A stretch of DNA of 64,000 bases from Octopus bimaculoides (Eukaryota). The stretch lies in assembly GCF_001194135.2 (NCBI RefSeq), contig NC_068981.1, forward strand, positions 149,123,452-149,187,451, written 5' to 3'. The notes under the pieces were generated by a model that was not told where the DNA came from, did no database searches, and saw only the letters and a program-made list of their open reading frames with translations. The translations under genes and the position numbers were made by a program. Below are positions 12,382 to 26,091 of this stretch, in pieces (position 1 is the stretch's first letter; each line of letters begins with the position of its first letter).

Positions 12382-13948
12382 AAATAAACTACTTATCAGA
12401 TATGCATTATAATATGAAAATAGGCCTATTTAGGTCACTAGTAACTTTCTATCGGCGGTTTTACAAAATGTCTCTGTAGACAATTAAAGAGGTTATAAAG
12501 TCGCAGATGAAATCTTAACACAAGTTTGAAACTAACCCGCTTGAATTCTTTCTCTGTTCATAGGTGTAGTGAAGACAAGGTGTTCACATCTGTATGTTGT
12601 TTAAAGTGTTAATTAAAATCCAAAAATGTGTTCTGTAATACAGTATTGCATTGAAACAGAGCGGTGTAAACGCAATATTATATCATTGATCGACGATTAT
12701 TTTAAATTTCCTTCTTTTTTAAGATGACAAAGAGTGATTCTGAAAGAAATTTGGCTGCTGTTTCTAGCATATTTACTCGTATTTTGTTGCCATTCTGATT
12801 GAACAAGTCTATAATCAGGCATGACTATCCCGTTTTATTTTCAGGCTTGATTCCCCAAATGTGTTCTCTTTAAGACAGTAAATTATAATTATAGTCACTG
12901 TGTCTATTTCTAGCCAGTCTAGCAACCACGCAGAAACTTCCTCGTTGGCTCATGAAGGACGTTGACTCACAAGATTCCACAACAGAAGTATTATTTTGCA
13001 AAAACATTAAGTTCTATTGCTTTTGACTTCATCCTTATTGTTCTAGTCCCTGGTCTCGATTACAGTTCCATGTATACACGTCCGTATAAATAATCTTAAA
13101 GAGAAACAACATAAACGAAAAGTTAGATTTGATACGGTTTTGACTAAAATCCATTTGAATAATCTTTGACAAGGTCATTTATGATAATATTTTCTACTCT
13201 GGGCGCAATGCCAAAATTTTGGGGGAGGGACCAGTCGGTTAGATTGACCTCAGTACGCAACTAGTACTTAATTTATCGACCCCGAAAAGATGAAAGGCAA
13301 AGTCGACCTCGGTGGAACTTGAACTCAGAACATAATAACAGAGGAAATATCGCGAAGCATTTCGCCCGGCGTGCTAACGTTTCTGCCAGCTCGCCGCCTT
13401 AAATAGGTTGCAAGATATTCTTTTCTACTCTAGGCACAAGGCCTCCAATTTTTTTTTTTTTTTTTTTTTTGGCAGGGGCGGCGACTGGTATTTAATTTAT
13501 CGACCCTGAAAGGGTGAAAGGCAAAGTCGACCTCGGCAGAATTTGAACTCAGAACATAAAGAGACGAAATACCGCTAGATCTAACAGCCAGATCTTTATT
13601 TCATATACTATCCATATGGAGTTAATGTAGTTCAAGATGTAGAGCAGCGCGCTAGCAGATCTTCGTCCGAAAATTTACGATCTCAGCTCAAATCCTGTTC
13701 AGGTGAACTTTGTCGAGGTCAACATCTCTTCGGTGTCGCTAAAATAAAGTACCAGTCAAGTACTGGAGACGATGTAACAGACTTGTCTCCTCCCCTCGAA
13801 ATAGCTGGCTTTGCACCCTGCGGTGGACCGGCGTGTTTTCAGGGAGAGGGGTATCTTCTCGGTTACATTCGCCATCGAAACCATGTATCCGGCTATACGA
13901 GTCCAAGGGCACGAGAGAAGTTTTATAAAAATACGTATTATTTAGATG

Positions 13949-14466
13949 TAGGAGTGGCTCTGTATTAAGAAGCTTGCTTCCCAACCACATGGTTCCGGTT
14001 CAGTCACACTGCGTGGTACCCCAAGGAAGTGTCTTTTATTATAGCCCCGGGCTGATCAAACCCTTGTGAGTGGATTTAGTAGACGAAAGCTGAAAGAAGA
14101 CCGTAGTAAAAAAAAAAAAAAAAATGTATGCATGTGTGATTGTATTTTTTATTTCTTTACTGCCCACAAGGGGCTACACACACAGACGGGACAAACAAGG
14201 ACAGACAAACGGATTAAGTCGATTATATCGACCCCAGTGCATAACTGGTACTTATTTAATCAACCCCGAAATGATGAAAGGCAAAGTCGATCTCAGCGGA
14301 ATTTGAACTCAGAACGCAGACGAAATACCACTAAGCAATTCGCCCGGCGTGCTAACGATTCTGCCAGATCGCCGCCTTTTGTGTATGTATTTCTGTCTGT
14401 GCTTGTTCTCAAAACCGCTTGACAATCGGTATTGGTGAACGTCCTCGTTATCTAGCGGTTCAGCAT
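13949..14466 (+). mobile_element. Family A SINE with a nested family C SINE (14135-14378, minus)
   Basis: Family A head at 13949-14108, an inverted family C copy inside the central microsatellite, family A body resuming at ~14385 and running into an N gap. Confidence 0.8.
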
Positions 14467-15509
14467 NNNNNNNNNNNNNNNNNNNNNNNNNNNNNNNNNN
14501 NNNNNNNNNNNNNNNNNNNNNNNNNNNNNNNNNNNNNNNNNNNNNNNNNNNNNNNNNNNNNNNNNNNNNNNNNNNNNNNNNNNNNNNNNNNNNNNNNNNN
14601 NNNNNNNNNNNNNNNNNNNNNNNNNNNNNNNNNNNNNNNNNNNNNNNNNNNNNNNNNNNNNNNNNNNNNNNNNNNNNNNNNNNNNNNNNNNNNNNNNNNN
14701 NNNNNNNNNNNNNNNNNNNNNNNNNNNNNNNNNNNNNNNNNNNNNNNNNNNNNNNNNNNNNNNNNNNNNNNNNNNNNNNNNNNNNNNNNNNNNNNNNNNN
14801 NNNNNNNNNNNNNNNNNNNNNNNNNNNNNNNNNNNNNNNNNNNNNNNNNNNNNNNNNNNNNNNNNNNNNNNNNNNNNNNNNNNNNNNNNNNNNNNNNNNN
14901 NNNNNNNNNNNNNNNNNNNNNNNNNNNNNNNNNNNNNNNNNNNNNNNNNNNNNNNNNNNNNNNNNNNNNNNNNNNNNNNNNNNNNNNNNNNNNNNNNNNA
15001 TATATATATATATATATATAATACACACACACAACACACACTCACACACGCACAACATTTATATATACATATGCACACATATTCACATGCATGTATAAGT
15101 AGATATATAAGGGTATCTCATAATGGTGGAATATATTTTAATTATACTTTGGCTATGCAATGTACACCTCCCTTAACAAATATATAATGCACACATATGC
15201 GCAAATATATGTACCTATAATTTTTTAAAATAAAATTAGCAAAGCATTAAAATCCCTTTTTTGGTAAAGGAAGGGAACAGAGCGATTCCACTAGGCGTCA
15301 ATATTTCAGAAATATTTATTTCTTTGGCGCCGGTGGCATGAAGCGCAATGTTCGTCCTGTAAGATTTAAACTTAGAAATGTGAAACTGTAGAATGCGGAA
15401 AACACATACTGTAGCATACTGGTGTCTAGACCATATATCCATCATGTCAGACATTGAAGTGAAGATAACTTTAGGTAAACATGTAGTTGAGGCATCTACA
15501 TAATATTTG

Positions 15510-15812
15510 TTGTTTGTTTCTTCTCGAGCCATGCCTAGCTCATAACGGCCGGTCTCCCGGTTCATTGGCGTATAGGTTCCCCACCTGGACAGGGCGCCGG
15601 TCCGTCGCAGGTGAGCTGCTAGATGCAGGAGCAAAGAGTGAGAGAAAGCTGTAGCGTAAGAGTCAGCAGAAGTTCGCTTTTGCCTTCTGCCAGAGCCGTG
15701 TGGAGCTTGGGTATTTCGCTCATAAACACACACATCACACGGTCTGAGATTCGAACCTGCGATCCCTCGACCGCGAGTCCGCTGCTCTTATCACTAGGCC
15801 ATGTGCCTCTAC
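15510..15812 (-). mobile_element. tRNA-derived SINE, family E (partial copy 25250-25405 +)
   Basis: Minus strand GGCACATGGCCTAGTG (A box), GGTTCGAATCTC (B box), central CTGCGACGGACCGGCGCCCTGTCCAGG resembling the V-SINE conserved domain, (AAC)n-type tail. Confidence 0.8.
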
Positions 15813-17234
15813 CTACGTAATATTCATAGTGTAATTATGTTTATATAAGTTTTCATTGAAATCTTCCAATCTCGTGCTAACGGAATAATAAATTACTAAT
15901 ATTACTCGGCGGAGTGATTACGATCTTCGTTTCATTGATGCGTGGTTTCAGATTTGATCTATAATAACTCCGAGTCGAAAAAGACTTGTGAGTGAAAATG
16001 GAAACGGGAGCTGTTCGATGGTCGTGTGATGAGTAATGCATGTTACCGGGCGGGAGACATAAACCATTACCGCGTTAAAATAACACTGTCTGGCTTTTGT
16101 GTGCCTTTATCTGAGAAAAATTTGCTACGGAGGAAGAATGTATACTCAAACCTGATACCTGGTCCAGAGATAACTTTCTCACAACCTCAAATCAATCCCT
16201 GAGACTGAAAATGCTGTAGCCACAATTATAACTCCTCTAGCTTCTGATTGCAATTAGCTGGAGGGATTAGAATGCTTGTTTTGAGCAAAGTGAGCGAGAG
16301 TTAGGTTCTTGACTATGGTTGCAGTGAAACATTGTTAATGAGATAGGAACTATCATTCTCCCACTATTTTTAAAAGAGTAAATAATGTCATAAGAATAAA
16401 TAATAGATTATCTACCACAGTTGTGTAAGAATTCCTTAATGTTTGTAAATAACATCTTCCAACCCATTTAAGGCGGCGACTTGGCAGAAACGTTAACACG
16501 CCGGGCGTGCTTAGCGGTATTTCGCCTGCCGTTACGTTCTGAGTTCAAATTCCGCCGAGGTCAACATTGCCTTTCATCCATTCGGGGTCGATAAATTAAG
16601 TACCAGTTGCGTACTGAGCCGATCTAACTGACTGCCCCACTCCCCCAAAATGTTGGGCCTTGTACTTAGAGCAGAAAAGAATATCTTATAACCTGTTTAA
16701 GGTTAGCACATTGGGCGAAATGCTTAGCGGTATTTCGTCTGTCTTTACGTTCTGAGTTCAAATTCCGCCGAGGTCGACTTTGCCTTTCATCCTTTCGAGG
16801 TCGATAAATTAAGTACCAATTCCGTACTGGGGTCGATCGAATCGACTGGCCCTACCTCTTCCAAAATTTCGTAAGAATATCTTACAACCCATTTAATCAT
16901 TGGACCACCATTCATAATTCAGTATCATTTACAGTGACAAGACTAACCCAGAATTTGTACACTTCTTGAATATATTATATAGTTATCTGGTGATAGGCAT
17001 TCCAGGATTTTCTCCATGGTTGCTCGACCTAGTAGAAATATCGGTTTCAAATTTTGGTAGAAGCCAGCTATTACATTGACCCCAGTGTCAAACTGGTACT
17101 TATTTTATCGACCCCGAAAGGATAAAAGGCAAAATCTACCTCAGCGGAATTTGAACTCAGAACGTAAAGATGGACAAAATGCTGCAAAACATTTTGTCCG
17201 CCGTGCTGACGATTCTACTAGCTCACCGCTTTGA

Positions 17235-17405
17235 CCTACTAGAAATATTAGCCAAATCTCTCTGAAATCACACTCTACCGTTTTAAAAGCGCGCACACAG
17301 GAAATTGTAGTGTTGTTTACACAATACCTGAAGATGGGGTGCCATGGCTGGAGTGCTTTTGATCATAGGTTTACTCGATCAAGGTTGAACTACATTTAAA
17401 CAGCA
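17235..17405 (+). repeat. Interspersed repeat family D (3' portion of a retroposon)
   Basis: Recurrent TAGAAATAGCAGCCAAATCTC..CAAATCACAC...ATGGCTGGA.TGC.TTTGATCATAGG...AACAAC. Related pieces at ~930-1075, 2100-2150, 4640-4740, 12740-12960(-), 17440-17560(-), 24920-25100(-), 61660-61720(-). Confidence 0.6.
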
Positions 17406-18125
17406 ATAATATAATAAAGTTATAATACAGTTGTGGTTTTGCATTAGGTCAGCCCTGTTTAAGTAAACTTATGATTAAATAAATCCAGCTGTAACTATTC
17501 TATCTTCAATTCTATCAAAATATATCTTGGAATACACTATTCAACGTACCATTTTAAGTTTATCACATGATCGAATAAAGACAGACATAGCTGTTATCGT
17601 TCCCTAGTCGTCTCGTTCATTCCTGTGACCAAAGGTATGCCATGCTTATCCAGTCCGTCTTTCTTGTAAATTTAAAGTAAATGGATCTTCGTTAGTTTCG
17701 ACGATGAGTATTCAGTTTTTGTCCAACTGAATTATTTGCGCATTAAGTTAGTGTGGAAATGACCGAACATTCTATAAACACTTATACCCTTAACGTAATT
17801 TCCTGGGAGATCAGCGTAACAAGAGTGAAAAATTTTAATCATTGAAGCAAGTAAAAGAATAAATGGATCGTTGCACAATCTAACAACTTTTAATAACATG
17901 CACACTCTGGCATCATACTTCTGCTTCAACAAAGTTATTTAACATATATTCATATCCATAAATTAAAAAAGAAAAAATATCATCTATAATCTGTACACCA
18001 AAGATATGCAAATCTTCCTAAACTTCACAATGATACTAAACTTAAGGCAGTAGGTTGCTTATTTCTCTACCGCAGAACTTAAAAAAATATATATTATATA
18101 TGTATAATATATATATATATATATC

Positions 18126-18158
<33 letters not shown>

Positions 18159-18935
18159 NNNNNNNNNNNNNNNNNNNNNNNNNNNNNNNNNNNNNNNNNN
18201 NNNNNNNNNNNNNNNNNNNNNNNNNNNNNNNNNNNNNNNNNNNNNNNNNNNNNNNNNNNNNNNNNNNNNNNNNNNNNNNNNNNNNNNNNNNNNNNNNNNN
18301 NNNNNNNNNNNNNNNNNNNNNNNNNNNNNNNNNNNNNNNNNNNNNNNNNNNNNNNNNNNNNNNNNNNNNNNNNNNNNNNNNNNNNNNNNNNNNNNNNNNN
18401 NNNNNNNNNNNNNNNNNNNNNNNNNNNNNNNNNNNNNNNNNNNNNNNNNNNNNNNNNNNNNNNNNNNNNNNNNNNNNNNNNNNNNNNNNNNNNNNNNNNN
18501 NNNNNNNNNNNNNNNNNNNNNNNNNNNNNNNNNNNNNNNNNNNNNNNNNNNNNNNNNNNNNNNNNNNNNNNNNNNNNNNNNNNNNNNNNNNNNNNNNNNN
18601 NNNNNNNNNNNNNNNNNNNNNNNNNNNNNNNNNNNNNNNNNNNNNNNNNNNNNNNNNNNNNNNNNNNNNNNNNNNNNNNNNNNNNNNNNNNNNNNNNNNN
18701 NNNNNNNNNNNNNNNNNNNNNNNNNNNNNNNNNNNNNNNNNNNNNNNNNNNNNNNNNNNNNNNNNNNNNNNNNNNNNNNNNNNNNNNNNNNNNNNNNNNN
18801 NNNNNNNNNNNNNNNNNNNNNNNNNNNNNNNNNNNNNNNNNNNNNNNNNNNNNNNNNNNNNNNNNNNNNNNNNNNNNNNNNNNNNNNNNNNNNNNNNNNN
18901 NNNNNNNNNNNNNNNNNNNNNNNNNNTATATATAC

Positions 18936-18969
<34 letters not shown>

Positions 18970-19671
18970 GAGTGTGTTTTTGTGTCTTCGTTTATCCCTT
19001 CATCACAGCTTGATAATCGGCCTGGTGTGTTTACTTCCCCGTAGCTTAACAGTTGGGCAAAAGAATAGAATAGAAAGACCTACAGAATAAGTACTAGGCT
19101 TCAAAAAAATAAATCCAAGATTCGATCTACTCGACTAAAACCCTTCAAGGCACTGTCCCAGCATAGCCGCAGTCAAATGACTGAAACAAATAAAATTTAA
19201 ATGGTAAAAGATAGTAGAATGTTCAGTTGTCTATTGAAATCATCCACGTCCATATATTTTTGTAATAGTCATATATGAGAGATTAGCGCTCGTAAACTTA
19301 TCGTATGTTCTCTGACAATGACGAGCGGGAGTAAAGAGGGAAAAAGAAAATTCTCTGATATAAAATCAGGGCAATATGACGCCGTGTATCAATATATCAA
19401 TTTATGCTAAGAGACTTGGTACGCAGTGTGGAAACAGAATGGACTCTAATTAAGACACTCAGCTGTCCCGCTAACAGAGTTAAAGTGAGCGACTAAGTCT
19501 ACTATCCAAGCAGAGGTACAATGTATGTGATGGGTTCCCATAAAGTTTTCAGTTTCCGAATTCGAGTTAATCTAGGGCCTTTTGTAGCGAAACATTTTTC
19601 TAATATGCCGTGAAGAGGCTATATAACGGATGCATGTATCTCTAAGGTGTCTGTAAGTTTTTATACATACT

Positions 19672-19871
19672 CTCTTTTACTCTTTTACTTGTTTCAGTCA
19701 TTTGACTGCGGCCATGCTGGAGCACCGCCTTTAGTCGAGCAAATCGACCCCAGGACTTATTCTTTGCAAACCTAGTACTTATTCTATCGGTCTCTTTTGC
19801 CAAACCGCTAAGTTACGGGGACGTAAACATACCAGTATCGGTTTTCAAGCAATGTTGGGGGGACAAACACA

Positions 19872-19941
<70 letters not shown>

Positions 19942-20116
19942 CATATACATATATACGACANNNNNNNNNNNNNNNNNNNNNNNNNNNNNNNNNNNNNNAA
20001 GGTTTTGGTCGGCCCGAGGCTTTAGTTGAAGACACTTGCCCAAGGTGCCACGCAGTGGGAATGAACCCGGAACCATGTGGTTGGTAAGCAAGCTACTTAC
20101 CACACAGCCACTCCTG
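19672..20116 (-). mobile_element. Family A SINE, full length (small internal gap)
   Basis: Near-identical to 2419-2822. Confidence 0.9.
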
Positions 20117-21236
20117 CGCCTCATGTGTAGTTTATACTTATTAAATGCTTGTAATTTCATACATACCACCGCCTCATCTTCTTTCTCCTTCTCCTCCTCA
20201 TTATCACCATCGATGCCGACACCGGGTCATTGTCGTTGCCAACGCAACGCCGGCAGCACGAGCTACCGAGAAACCCTCTACGTTATTGATTAACCTGCAA
20301 GAAACTACAAGCAAATGTCATTCACATGACACCGACATTTTGAAAGACACAAACGCAGTCCTGGATTCTCTGTTCATTGGTAACAGGTATGACCGTCACG
20401 GCTGGAATGCCCTTGAGTGTAGGTTTTCCTCGATCAGTGTTAACGTAATGCTAACGAACGAACGAACGAACGAACGAACGAACGAACAACAACAGCAACA
20501 ACAACGACGACGACGACGACGTGTGCTACGGTAGAGAAAAGCTATCATGTTAAATAACAGCCACAAGGGAAGCAACTACATCAACAACAACATCCATTGC
20601 AGATATAGCTCACGAAAACTATCTTCAAAAAGCCGAATGGAAAAATCCTACCCTTTCAACCCCGTTTACAAGATTATATACTTGTATTCCTTCCACAGGT
20701 GAAATATGCCGCAAGGGGGCGGTGTTTGTTTGAAATGATTCCGGCGCCAAAATGCTGACTTCACAGCTTTGGCTTGTCATCACAATAACAGAAAAAGTAG
20801 GCTGAAATGATAAGATTTTGACGCCCTGAGAGCGGCATATATTTTAGACGTAACCAGACAGGCAGACTTGCTTTTGGATGTGAAGAAGGAAAAAAAAAAA
20901 GAAAGAAAAAAAGGAAGGAGGAAAGGAAGAAAGAATAAAGAAATCTAGAAGAGAAACGAGAAGAGTGTAGGACTCGGTCGTAGTGATAATATAGTGTAAT
21001 ATTGGCATTATGTTTGTCTATGTAGTAGTTCATGTTGATGTTGATGTTTCCAGACAGGCATTACTGACCAAAGAATTTTAAGATAATAAGTGCAAGAGTT
21101 TAAAGGAGTATTTTTATTTATAGATCTCCCCAGGAAGCGAGTCATATCCTACTCGAGTGATGTATGTCCTATTAGTATGTATGTACGTAATTTGGGTATA
21201 TGTGCATGTATGCATACATCTATGTATACATAAGTA

Positions 21237-21268
<32 letters not shown>

Positions 21269-21957
21269 CGTGTGTGTATATGTGCATGTAGATATATAGC
21301 TACATATATATTATGTATATATGTATATACATATAATACAAAGGCATATATACGTTTATACAAACTACATATACGTGTATATGTATGCGCGTATATGCGT
21401 ATGTATATCTGTATGTATGCGTATGTATGTGTGTGTGTGTGCTTGTGTGTACCTACGTACGTACATACGTGCGTACTCATATATACTCACATCGCAATCA
21501 CAAAGTACCGGGTTCCATCCCCTTGCATGGTATCTTGGATATATGTCTTTTAACACACTCTCCGGTCGACCTACGCATGCCTTCTGAAAGAAAATGTGGT
21601 AAACAGAAACTGCACAAGTTCGCACATTGGACTGTAGCTATAAATGGATGGTGCGACTTTTGTTTTGAGAAGTTGATGTTGCCTGAAAATTGCGTTAAGA
21701 AGAATACACATCCAGTTACATATTCATTCAAGAAACGAGTAGTTCGCTTGATCGAATAACTCAACACTCATCTTCGGACATACATAAATACGTGCGTACA
21801 TACATACATACATACATACATACATACAGTAAACAAACAATAAAGTGTACAGGTTATATAGGATATTAATATATATCCGTGGTCGATCTGTTACACATCC
21901 ATAATATCCGTAATATATGTAATATCCGTAGAGTTATAGTTGCATATATGCTGCTGA

Positions 21958-22290
21958 GATCCCCCTTCGGTCATGACTGACCATGGGATTGCACCTAGAA
22001 AGTTACCCTTCCAGGCACAAGTCCGAGCAAGGTTGTTTATGGAAGACCAGCAGTTGCCCATGCATACCGGCCTCCTCTCTCCACGCCACCAGTGTTATCC
22101 AAGGGAAAAGGAAAGGCCGATACAGCTTCGCAACTGTGACGTCGCAACTCATTTCTACAGCTGAGTGAACTGGAGCAACGTGAAATAAAGTGTCTTGCTC
22201 AAGAACACAATACGCAGCCCGGTCCGGGATTCGAACTCACAACCTCACGATCGTAAGCTCGACGCTCTAGCCACTGAGCCACGCGCCTTC
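21958..22290 (-). mobile_element. tRNA-derived SINE, family B (full length)
   Basis: Minus strand GAAGGCGCGTGGCTCAGTGG (A box), GAGTTCGAATCCC (B box), central TGTTCTTGAGCAAGACACTTTATTTCACGTTGCTCCAGTTCACTCAGCTGTAGAAATGAGT. Other copies 26640-26835-, 27476-27822+, 50035-50362-. Confidence 0.9.
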
Positions 22291-23362
22291 ACTAGTTGCA
22301 TATATCATATAATAATATAGCAATACTCTTGTGTCAAAAAATTGGTGAAACAATTGTGAATTATGTAATAAGACATTAAGTTCTCTCCACTCGTTGTAAA
22401 TATATATATGACACTATTATATTATTTTATTTTTCCTTGCTTCGCTTCACCATTAACTAATCTAAATGAATTGATAAGCTTGTCCTGCCTTCATTTTGTT
22501 TTCCTCTTCTTTAAATTATACCCACTGACTCGGAAGTAGGCTACGGATGCTGGTCTTCCCCTTACTGGACAGTGGCTACCACAACTCTAGACCTCGTTGG
22601 GAACTTGGATCCTAGTAGCTTATCAATTGGAGTACTCAGACTGCATGCCTATTAGTTCAGGTTACCAGTGACCTAAACCCTTCCACTCATATATATATAT
22701 ATANNNNNNNNNNNNNNNNNNNNNNNNNNNNNNNNNNNNNNNNNNNNNNNNNNNNNNNNNNNNNNNNNNNNNNNNNNNNNNNNNNNNNNNNNNNNNNNNN
22801 NNATATAACGTTATTAGGGTAGAACTCGAATAGACAAGGCTATAAATAATAGCGTGTATTATTGGTTTAATAAAACCTCCAAATGGAAAAAGTCGGAGAC
22901 TGCCCAAGGGACGAAACTTTTTTCCCACGCGAGTTTCGGACCCCAGTAATGAACTCATTTGCATACAGCCAATCAGAGCTCACCTTGACCTTGTTGTCAA
23001 ATTTATAAACACACTCTACCAAGTAAACTCATGACGAAGAAGAGTGATGTAAGTCGACCGATCGCCAAGTTATGCCTGATTTTAGAAGAAGACAAGTAAT
23101 TAGAGAGATTTGCATCTATACCTATTATCGGATTTTGTTAGGGCTCCATATGGTAAAGATGTGGATGGGAAAACTGTGGGTAGAGGGTGATATACTGGCA
23201 ACCCTCTATCTTTACTGTTTTACAAAGTAAACAACAACACAAATAACTACGCAGAGGTAGCCATGGTTGAAACAAGAACAAGATCCTGAAGTATTCTTTA
23301 AAGAGAAAAGAAGCATGGTCATTCCTTACCCAAGTGATCTTATCTTATCGCCCATCACTTCG

Positions 23363-23552
23363 AAAATCAAAGAAAAAGAAGATGGACAACTGCTTCGAAA
23401 CCTCCAGCTTCTTTATTCAGACTATGAATTCATATTCATACCAATAATAGTTGGAGCACTAGGTTTTGTTAGTAAATGTTTAAAGGAGAATCTGGATAAA
23501 CTGGAATTTCCAGAAAGAGAAATTGACCGACTGATTCGTACATTACAAGTTC
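23363..23552 (+). mobile_element. Fragment of RLE-type non-LTR retrotransposon ORF C-terminus
   Basis: KIKEKED.QLLRNLQLLYSDYEFIFIPIIVGALGFVSKCLKENLDKL aligns with the 6.9-7.4 kb element at the protein level; a related but distinct family. Confidence 0.7.
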
Positions 23553-26019
23553 CAAATGTGAATTTGTCTGTGTTGACTACATCCCGAAGATGGAGTCTTG
23601 TATATTTGTTGGAAACTAGCTCCCACCTCAGTGGAAAATTTATAATAATTAAAAAAATAAAAGATACATACATACGTGTGTGTGTGTGTATGTGTGGGTG
23701 TGTGAACGCAACGGTTTTCCACATATTTTTACCTACGAAATTCTCTAACAATACATTGGTCGGCTCGGAACTACAGTAGAAGACATTTACTCAAGATGTC
23801 ACGTGTTGGATCCTAACCCAGAGACATGTTGTTGCAAAGAAGCTTCTAAACTACATTAGGAAGCCATCGATGGAAAATTACGATTTCATAATATTTTGTC
23901 ATCAAGACAGTAAACGGAATAGCTTTTGAAGTAGAACTCTTTATAACATGTCATAATAACGTAACCCCATCCATGTGATGGCCAATGGACAGAATCACTA
24001 GAGCGTCGGACAGAATGCCTTACTGTATACGGTCTTAGTACGAATCCAAACCAAGTCAACTTTGCCACTGGTCCTTACGATATCAATAAAAGAAAGTAAA
24101 TCAATTACTAATGCTAATTTATTCGACTGTAAATCTTTCCTAAATTTCTAACCATGTGCCTATTTTAAAAACGCTGATAATATAATCCGATTTCGATTTT
24201 CGACTGTAGACACTTTATTTCATTTAGTTGGATAATGTTCACGAGAAAAGATATAAATCACAGTATGAATATTCATTCACCTAAAAGCTTAGATTCTGTT
24301 TCCGCCTTAAGAATACAACGTAAAACCGTTTATACTTTTTTTAAGGGACTATAAAAATCGTTAGAAGAAACATGCCCTAAGTTGGCTTCATTTCTTGCCA
24401 AAACGATTCGAATGATGTTAGTCATTGAACTAATGTCTTTTCGTAATCGAAATAAGTATTTTTAATGCTTATTACATTAACTATGTTGACACTAACTGAA
24501 CTATTAACCTTGTTAATGGATGCTTTCTCAAAACGGTCGCGAGCTGGTAGAGTCGTTAGCATAGGGGGCTGAATAATTAAAGGAGCTTCTTCCGTCTTTA
24601 CGTTATGAGTTCGAATTCTGCCGAGGTAGACTTTGCTTTTTTTAAAATCTTTTCGGGGTCGATGAAATACGTACCTGTTGAGCATTGTGGTCAATGTAAT
24701 CAACTTAACCACAAGTTACTGGCTTTGTTCCAAAATTTGAAACTAATATATGTTATCAAACGATTTCTATTAGTCAATTTAACTTGCTTTCTTGCCAGGA
24801 ATTTCTTGATGTTGTTTAACCTCGGTCTGAGAGAGCTCACGAAGTTCATAGATGCATTCTGCTCCAACAACAATGTAATATAACAGGTAGGCTCTGAACT
24901 ATGAAACCTATAGTCAAAGGTGTTCACTCCTTGGCATTCTCATTATACCTGGCTACATTAACCAATACGTTTTTCCTTTTATTCTTTAAAAGGCGATGAG
25001 GTTTTATTTGACAGTTTGTTCATGCAGAGCGACCGACCACGTAAAGGTTTATTCATGCAGGTCGAGCGACCACGTAAAGGTTCGTCACATCTTTGACTAG
25101 ATAATAAATGAATGGATGGTTTTAGAGGTAAAATAAATATCGTTACCTAATTGGTAGCAGGTCATTTCATTATCCTTAGTAGGCCGTTGAGCCGTAACCC
25201 TTAATAATGTTTTCAAATAGTTTCAAATTTTGGCAAATTTTGACCCCTGTTGTACTCTTTCGCCCCAACTTTCTCTCACTCTTTCTTCCTGTTTCTTGAG
25301 CAACGCTGCGATGGACTAGCGTCCAGTCCAGCTGGGGGGAACACATACGCCATAGAAACCGGGAAACCGGGCCCATGAACCTGACTAGGCTTTGAAAGGG
25401 CAACGTTTATCGTATCATTTTTAAATACTGTTATATTATTTAGAAGCGATTTAAAGGCTATAATATGGTGCATAATTTCTTCGAATGAATATTAGGATCT
25501 GAAATGAAATTAAGTAGTTATTATCGAGAATAGAAACTGAACTGTATTATATTAATTTCTTTCCATAAGGATCCATTCAACCCGATTATTTCAGGTTATG
25601 GACTCCGTTTTCAGATCAATCATATTACCGCATGTTTCGAAATTTAAGGCTATGGGCTGATATTTGAACATAAGAAGTATCATTTTACAAAGAGAATGAC
25701 GTAAAGTCTGATATATGAAAAACTAAACTTGCGGAAATGACCTAAACATTTGTTACGTAAATTTAGAATTATTAATTATGAAATTTAGTCTGAGAGAGGA
25801 AAGATTTTGTTCCCACCAGACTATATAGCACTTCATCTATAAGTGTATAACATATATACATATGCATACGCATACACAGCCTCACACTTATGTACATGCA
25901 CACATAGACACATGCATACTGTGGTGTGTGTGTGTGTGTGTGAGTGCGTGTGTGTGTGTATGTGTAAATACATATATATATAATACAGTATTAAGTAAGC
26001 TATTAAATACATATACATG

Positions 26020-26091
<72 letters not shown>

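Noticed and set aside
15251-15358. Neuropeptide-precursor-like string RR-QYFRNIYFFGAGGM-KR before a GTAAGA donor
   Set aside because: The frame is closed by a stop just upstream, the only usable acceptor (15309) excludes the RR site, and there is no signal peptide or repeat peptides.
20699-20800. Strong acceptor CTTGTATTCCTTCCACAG with a possible GTAGGC donor; also micro-exon-like sites at ~3558 and ~17596
   Set aside because: Stops in the frames from the acceptor, or segments too short to distinguish from chance in AT-rich DNA.
22205-22290. tRNA genes at SINE heads (also 27476, 15740-15812, 2760-2822)
   Set aside because: A and B boxes are present, but the sequences continue into multi-copy SINE bodies and lack an intact cloverleaf.
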